Below, in pieces: positions 33,790 to 34,023 of a stretch of 34,023 nt of DNA (position 1 is its first letter; every line of letters starts with the position of its first letter). Source of the stretch: Octopus bimaculoides (Eukaryota); assembly GCF_001194135.2 (NCBI RefSeq), contig NC_069006.1, forward strand, positions 24,174,647 to 24,208,669. The letters are read 5' to 3'. The notes beneath the pieces are model-generated. The model was not told where the DNA came from. It saw nothing but the letters and a program-made list of their open reading frames with translations, and searched no databases. Both the position numbers and the translations under genes were made by a program.

Positions 33790-34023
33790 TTGCTATTATG
33801 TTAAACTGACGTATGTCCAAACTTGGCCAAATGCATTTTTTCCAATATTTAGTTTGGCTTGCAATAACCAGTTCTTTTGGTCAAACTATCGTATCTCCAG
33901 CTGCTTCAGACGCCAAGATATCAAAACTTGTCAAAATGTAGTACAACGGTTTTGCTATGGGATGGTAAAGCTATTTTATCTGAAAAAGCAACATTTTGGA
34001 CTTACGACCCCTTTGCATATTAG

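Noticed and set aside
191-34023. Most ORFs in the supplied track (poly-I/Y/C/V/H/N/X proteins)
   Set aside because: They are translations of di- and trinucleotide microsatellites or run through N-gaps; there is no coding evidence.
33830-34023. Open plus frame at the window end (IFSLACNNQFFWSNY...)
   Set aside because: No start, splice signal or recognisable homology, and truncated by the window edge.

Overview
Eukaryotic, AT-rich, microsatellite-dense genomic DNA with about 20% (~6.8 kb) in 17 N-gaps. The repeat landscape (TA/CA/GA/AAT microsatellites, recurrent tRNA-derived SINEs, RTE remnants) resembles Octopus as I recall it; this is inference, not a search result. Only one protein-coding segment is confidently recognisable: the 3'-terminal exon of an UNC-93-like (UNC93A-type) MFS membrane protein on the minus strand (26351-26580). 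The rest is intronic or intergenic. It holds decayed transposons identified by manual translation (maT/DD37D, mariner, hAT-Charlie, R4/Dong-type and RTE LINEs, possibly Helitron), at least three SINE families, fold-back or palindromic elements, minisatellites, and several unverified candidate exons. Nearly all ORFs in the supplied track are microsatellite or N-gap artefacts. I found no convincing new multi-gene system. The best leads are the fold-back structures, a Dong-like LINE inside a (TAA)n tract, a tandemly amplified transposase catalytic segment, and a possible uncharacterised plus-strand gene near 16.4-18.2 kb.
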